Shown here: piece by piece, positions 59,784-64,000 of the stretch | Position numbering within the stretch: the stretch's first letter is position 1 | How the letters are laid out: each line of letters starts with the position of its first letter | NCBI GenBank assembly: GCA_037446395.1 | Contig: JBBIIP010000004.1 | Coordinates: forward strand, 17,625-81,624 | Source: Lentimicrobiaceae bacterium | GTDB taxonomy: Bacteria; Bacteroidota; Bacteroidia; Bacteroidales; JAAYJT01 | Direction of reading: 5' to 3' | DNA: 64,000 nt | Program-made: the position numbers and the translations under genes | Notes under the pieces: model-generated | What the model saw: only the letters and a program-made list of their open reading frames with translations | Database searches by the model: none | What the model was told of the DNA's origin: nothing

Positions 59784-61214
59784 TTATTGCCCATGAGTTC
59801 CGTGGAACACCATCGGCTTTCCGTTAATGTATACTTCCTTGAGCTGCATGTTTTCGACGTAGTTGATCAAATTCTCTTTTTCAACACCATTGAAGGAACA
59901 ATTTTCAATAAATACTCCTGTTACCGGAGCTCGCTCATAGGCTTTGATAAATACAGCCCTCTCGCTGCTTTGGCTTGTTATCTTTTGAAGGTAGATGTTT
60001 CGAACAACTGGCGTATATGTGCCGGCATCACCCTCTTCATAATTAAAATCAATGTGCAGGATCGCTTGCTTTACTTTTCCAACATTAATATTCCGAATAA
60101 AGATGTTTTCGATGATCCCTCCACGCAATGAGTTGGTTTTGATGCGTATGATCCGGTCGAGGTTTGGACTGTCCATGATGCAGTCTTCTGCAAAAACGTT
60201 CCTGACATTTCCCGAAATTTCGCTTCCCATAACAATACCTCCATGACCGTCGCGCATTGTGCACCGTTGCACGATAATGTTTTCGGCCGGAATATTTAGC
60301 CTGCGTCCGTCAGCATTTCGTCCCGATTTAATTGCAATACAGTCATCACCCGTGTCGAAGAAGCAGTCTTTGATCAGGACATTGCGGCTCGATTCAGGAT
60401 TGCAACCATCATTATTGGGCCCATGGCTTATGACCGAGACATTTGAAATAGTAACGTTTTCCGACAACACCGGATGAATCACCCACATGGGTGAATTAAT
60501 TACAGTAATTCCGTCCATGAGAACATTACGACATTTGTAGAATTGTACGAAATATGGGCGAAGGTAGTGGCCGGGGCCAAAAACCCGATCCTCTACAGGA
60601 ACCCCGTCTTCTGCCATTTTTCGCAGCCTGGAAACTGCAGCAGCTTGATTTTCGGGGCCTATTTCCCAGGTTTTACGACTCCAAGCCCCTTTCCAATACC
60701 ACCAGTTATTAGCATCAGCGTTCCCGTCAATTGTTCCTTCCCCCGTAATCGCAACATTCTCCTGATCATAGGCATAGATGAATGGAGAATAATTGTAACA
60801 CTCGGTTCCTTCCCACCGAGTAAAAACCAATGGCAAGTAATCTTCCTGATTTCGACTGAATTTCAATACAGCGCCAGTCGAAATGCGCAGGTTTACATTC
60901 GATTTAAGGTGAATTGCTCCGGTCATAAAAACCCCTTCGGGAATGACAACCACACCACCACCAGCCAGCGAACAAGCGGTAATGGCATTGTTAATTGCAG
61001 AGGTTGAAATAGAAACCCCATCACCGGTAGCACCATATTCGGTAACGATGAAATTTTTCTCAGGAAAGCGGGGTGCATTTATCTTTGCCAGAATTTTATC
61101 CAGGTCTTTCCATGACCCCTGATTTGATTCCTTTCCAGAGCCTGATGTACAGGCTCCGGAAAGAAAAAAGGTTATAATCATTATGCAGGCCAGGAATAAA
61201 TATTGCCTTTTCAT
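59784..61214 (-). CDS. GH28 family glycoside hydrolase (polygalacturonase / rhamnogalacturonase type) lipoprotein
   Basis: 476 aa. The lipobox is LSGAC. All four GH28 signature blocks are present: NNDGCNP, GDDCIAIKSG, DGHGGIVMGSE and RIKTNSLRGG. Confidence 0.92.
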   Translation of the reverse strand: MKRQYLFLACIMIITFFLSGACTSGSGKESNQGSWKDLDKILAKINAPRFPEKNFIVTEYGATGDGVSISTSAINNAITACSLAGGGVVVIPEGVFMTGAIHLKSNVNLRISTGAVLKFSRNQEDYLPLVFTRWEGTECYNYSPFIYAYDQENVAITGEGTIDGNADANNWWYWKGAWSRKTWEIGPENQAAAVSRLRKMAEDGVPVEDRVFGPGHYLRPYFVQFYKCRNVLMDGITVINSPMWVIHPVLSENVTISNVSVISHGPNNDGCNPESSRNVLIKDCFFDTGDDCIAIKSGRNADGRRLNIPAENIIVQRCTMRDGHGGIVMGSEISGNVRNVFAEDCIMDSPNLDRIIRIKTNSLRGGIIENIFIRNINVGKVKQAILHIDFNYEEGDAGTYTPVVRNIYLQKITSQSSERAVFIKAYERAPVTGVFIENCSFNGVEKENLINYVENMQLKEVYINGKPMVFHGTHGQ

Positions 61215-61284
61215 TATGGTCGGTTTTAGTGCTTTATAATAATCCGGAAGAAAAAAATAATTATTTTAAAAGACATCATATTCT

Positions 61285-63162
61285 TTAGTACTTCATTAAT
61301 AATCTTGATGTTCTGTGCTGTTCTGAAGTATATTTCAGCAGATACATACCTCGTGCAAACTTGCTTATATCAATGGTTTCTGATTGGGATTCCATTTGTT
61401 TTTTAAATAATAACTGACCTGTCATTCCGAGGATTTCGATATAGCCATTTGTACCTTCGCCTAGGGTTTGAACATTGATTAACGTATTGGCAGGATTTGG
61501 ATATATTTTGAAACCATGTGCGTCCGGGGTTATATTTCCAGTAGGATTAGCTATGAACGCAACTGTGTATGTTCGGGTGGTAAACCCATTGAATGCTGTA
61601 ACAACCACTGTGGCTGTGCCTGGAACAGTGGTAGCTTGTGTAATCTTTGCGGTTGCTCCTTGGTTTGATGTGGTAGGAATAACAACGGTAGGTGTAGTGG
61701 TGCCGGCAGGCAGAATTACTTCGTATGATGTAACGTCCGGATTAAAATTCGCAACAGGAGTGCCTCCTGCCCTGAGGTTTGAGAGTGTGGCATCCCACGA
61801 AGGGGTTATCACAGGGGAAGGAACAAGCGATCCTTGCCCGGGTGCATAAGCGCCTGTTTCATCCCAGATGATCCAATCAATTAGTGCTGCAATATTATGT
61901 GAGGAGTTTCCATCACCAATACGGAAGTACTGTTGTGTGGTCGTAGTGGTGGAGGTTCCCTGGCCAATAGGGGTATCGGTTTCATTAAGATAAATCCTGG
62001 TGATTGCGCCTGATTTTGTGAGACGATAAATGTTCCAGTCACTGAGATTGACTCCGACTGGAGCGGGTATTTCTCCTGCATCGCCTCCAGGAATGCCTTC
62101 GTTCAATCGTATCCGGTTGTTTTCACGATTGATGTAAAGTCTTTCCCTGATCCCATTATGATTTAGATCGAGTTCAAGGACCCTTCTGGCAACATCATTG
62201 GCTGCTTTTACTCTCATAAGGATTGTCACACCAGTTGTAGCCGTTTGTAGCGGGGTGCTCCACATGAAATTGTCGGCATTTGCTATAGTGATTACCTCCA
62301 GTAGCTTATTGGTTGGGACACCTGGTTCGGTCATGATGTTGTTTGTACCTCCGTTCCCAGCAACATTGCTTGTTGTAAAGGTTGGTGTTTGTGCGCCCGG
62401 CAACAGGCTTCCGTCATACATTCTCCAGTTTGCAGGCACATTGATAAGTAAATTTGCTGGGATTGGAGTTCCCTGTCCCGGTGCATATACACCTGATTGA
62501 TCCCAAATGATCCAATCAATAAGGGCACTGATATTATGTGAACCGTTGGTGTCGCCGAAACGAAAATAATTATTTGTGCTTGTGGTAGTTGTTTGCCCGC
62601 TTGCCAGTGGTGCTGGGTTTTCATCAATGTAGAGGCGCACATTGCCGCTACCGTCCTTCGTAATCCTGTAGATGTGCCAGTCCTTGACCGATCCGTTATT
62701 TGGCAGGTTAAATTCATTGGTTGCACCAAAGGCTGTGCTGTGTTGTAGCCGAAGTTTGTTATCTGCCTGGTTAATATACAGGCGTTCGCGAAAGCCTCCA
62801 TTATCCAGATCGAGTTCGAGAACCCTCAGTGCATTATCGTTGGCTGATCGAACCCTCATAGCAACAGTCAGATTCGGTGTTGGATCAGTAAATGAGCGAC
62901 GCCAGGTTCCGTTATCGGCAATCGCAACGGTCAAGAGTTCGAGCAAGCCATTTTGGGGAATCAGGGGGTCGGCTACCAGGCTTGTCACCATTCCTGCACC
63001 TGCAAGGCCGCTGGTGATAAATACCGGATTATTATCTCCTGGCAAAACACTGGCATTATAAATTTGCCATTGGGCACGGGCACAAACTGAGAAAAACACT
63101 AATGCAAACAGCATGATTGCACCTTTCCTAAGAAGAACCGAATTGTAAATTTTTCTTTTCAT
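61285..63162 (-). CDS. T9SS-secreted protein: two tandem ~214-aa concanavalin/LamG-like repeats, a cadherin-like beta-sandwich and a Por C-terminal sorting domain
   Basis: 625 aa with a signal peptide. Repeat 1 is aa 32-245 and repeat 2 is aa 246-455, sharing blocks such as RVLELDL…G.RERLYIN, DW.IYR.TK, YFR.GD…SHNI.ALIDWIIWD..G.YAPGQG. Aa ~457-545 resemble a cadherin-like beta-sandwich (…LSNLRAGGTPVANFNPDVTSYEVILP…). The C-terminus IYPNPANTLINVQT…MYLLKY… is a type A T9SS CTD. Confidence 0.8.
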   Translation of the reverse strand: MKRKIYNSVLLRKGAIMLFALVFFSVCARAQWQIYNASVLPGDNNPVFITSGLAGAGMVTSLVADPLIPQNGLLELLTVAIADNGTWRRSFTDPTPNLTVAMRVRSANDNALRVLELDLDNGGFRERLYINQADNKLRLQHSTAFGATNEFNLPNNGSVKDWHIYRITKDGSGNVRLYIDENPAPLASGQTTTTSTNNYFRFGDTNGSHNISALIDWIIWDQSGVYAPGQGTPIPANLLINVPANWRMYDGSLLPGAQTPTFTTSNVAGNGGTNNIMTEPGVPTNKLLEVITIANADNFMWSTPLQTATTGVTILMRVKAANDVARRVLELDLNHNGIRERLYINRENNRIRLNEGIPGGDAGEIPAPVGVNLSDWNIYRLTKSGAITRIYLNETDTPIGQGTSTTTTTQQYFRIGDGNSSHNIAALIDWIIWDETGAYAPGQGSLVPSPVITPSWDATLSNLRAGGTPVANFNPDVTSYEVILPAGTTTPTVVIPTTSNQGATAKITQATTVPGTATVVVTAFNGFTTRTYTVAFIANPTGNITPDAHGFKIYPNPANTLINVQTLGEGTNGYIEILGMTGQLLFKKQMESQSETIDISKFARGMYLLKYTSEQHRTSRLLMKY

Positions 63163-63209
63163 GATGATTGTGATTTTGTTGTGACATTTTTTTTGGAGAA
63201 CACTTTTAA

Positions 63210-64000
63210 CTATTGTTCCGATGAAAGTTTATTTTTTTTCAAATGAAAGCCGGCTTTTTCGATCTCCATACTAAGAAGCATAAATGGTCCAACGCCTTTG
63301 GGGTCATTGCTGCGGATAATCTCATTAATATAATATTCATATGAGCCATCCCTGTATGGATTCCCACCCAGGCCGGCAACACCGCATATCTGGTTTAGGC
63401 TGATATCGCCATTATTATCAAAAGTGATTAAATGATCCAAAATTCCCTGAAAAGCCTTGGTAGCATCCGACATATATGAGGGTTCGAGTAAATGATTATT
63501 CACGGCTTTTGCAATCGCATATGCATACATGGCTGAGGCCGAAGCCTCCAGATAATTTCCTTCTTTCCCTCCCTGATCAACAACCTGGTACCAAAGCCCG
63601 GTTTCCGGGTCCTGAAATGGGATGAGTGCTTTAACCAATCTTTCGAGCACTTGCACAATTTTGAGCCTGCCCGCATGATCAGCCGGGAAATAATCGAGCA
63701 CATCCACCAGTGCCATTGCATACCAACCCATAGCCCTGCCCCAGAAATTGGGCGACTGTCCGGTTTGAGGGTTGGCCCATTGCTGACTCCGGCTCTCATC
63801 CCAGGCATGGTAGAGCAGCCCGGTTGCTGGATCCAGCGTTTTTTGCTCCACAAGTAGAATTTGGTTTGCTATATCATCAAAGTTTTCAGGTTCGTCAAAC
63901 ACTTTTCCATAGCGTGCATAAAAGGGTGCGTTCATATATACTCCGTCGAGCCATACCTGGTTTGGATAGATATTTTTATGCCAAAAACAACCTTCGGATG
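63210..64000 (-). CDS. GH105/GH88-type unsaturated uronyl hydrolase (PF07470-like); C-terminal 263 codons, ORF continues past the right window edge
   Basis: The track ORF starts at Met 63935, but the frame stays open to 64000 (…SEGCFWHKNIYPNQVWLDGVYMNAPFYA…). WLDG.YM, HAWDESRSQQWA and FWGRAMGWYAMALVD are characteristic of the (alpha/alpha)6 unsaturated rhamnogalacturonyl/glucuronyl hydrolase family. Confidence 0.85.
   Translation of the reverse strand, partial: SEGCFWHKNIYPNQVWLDGVYMNAPFYARYGKVFDEPENFDDIANQILLVEQKTLDPATGLLYHAWDESRSQQWANPQTGQSPNFWGRAMGWYAMALVDVLDYFPADHAGRLKIVQVLERLVKALIPFQDPETGLWYQVVDQGGKEGNYLEASASAMYAYAIAKAVNNHLLEPSYMSDATKAFQGILDHLITFDNNGDISLNQICGVAGLGGNPYRDGSYEYYINEIIRSNDPKGVGPFMLLSMEIEKAGFHLKKNKLSSEQ

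Noticed and set aside
1-64000. Search for CRISPR arrays, defence islands, toxin-antitoxin pairs, prophage or transposon genes, and secondary-metabolite clusters
   Set aside because: I saw no repeat-spacer arrays. Every ORF over 100 aa is accounted for by housekeeping, sugar-catabolic or CAZyme/PUL functions. The unknowns (the acidic ORF, DUF3467, UPF0316, the fused membrane methyltransferase-fold protein, the SGBP modules and the T9SS repeat protein) do not cluster into a defence-like or mobile module.

Overview
This 64-kb window is a chromosomal segment from a Bacteroidota genome. The evidence is a SusC/SusD pair, a hybrid two-component regulator, a T9SS C-terminal sorting domain, repeated exact TAnnTTTG -7 promoter boxes, and no obvious Shine-Dalgarno sites. 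It contains four blocks. (i) 1-26.9 kb is housekeeping, almost all on the minus strand. It holds an edge-truncated acidic ORF, a patatin/Omp85 fusion, a methionine-gamma-lyase-type PLP enzyme, UPF0316, a membrane-flanked spermidine-synthase-like protein plus pcm, and the conserved array rpsU / Xer recombinase / hpf / tRNA-Thr-Tyr-Gly-Thr / tuf / tRNA-Trp / secE / nusG / rplKAJL / rpoBC / DUF3467. DPP-IV and two tandem tRNA-Val genes follow. (ii) 27.0-32.5 kb is a xylose operon: an AraR-type regulator, xylB, xylA and xylE. (iii) 32.8-59.6 kb is a glucuronoxylan polysaccharide utilisation locus: HTCS, susC, susD, two IPT/TIG surface lipoproteins, GH10, GH115, GH3, GH67, a GPH transporter, GH10, GH43 and GH43. 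(iv) 59.8-64.0 kb is the start of a pectin-type cluster: GH28, a T9SS tandem jelly-roll protein, and a GH105/GH88-type hydrolase cut by the right edge. I found no rRNA, CRISPR array, transposase, phage gene or recognisable defence genes. I do not see a convincing wholly new multi-gene system. The best leads are unassigned protein modules (the C-terminal modules of the SGBP pair and the T9SS tandem-repeat protein), a 4x TGTAAC array in the HTCS/susC control region, several strong intercistronic RNA hairpins, and the pcm plus fused-membrane-methyltransferase pair. Several ORF-track starts (rpoB, secE, xylE, susC, GH115, GH43) look over-extended and are trimmed here. All family calls come from reading motifs by eye; no searches were run.
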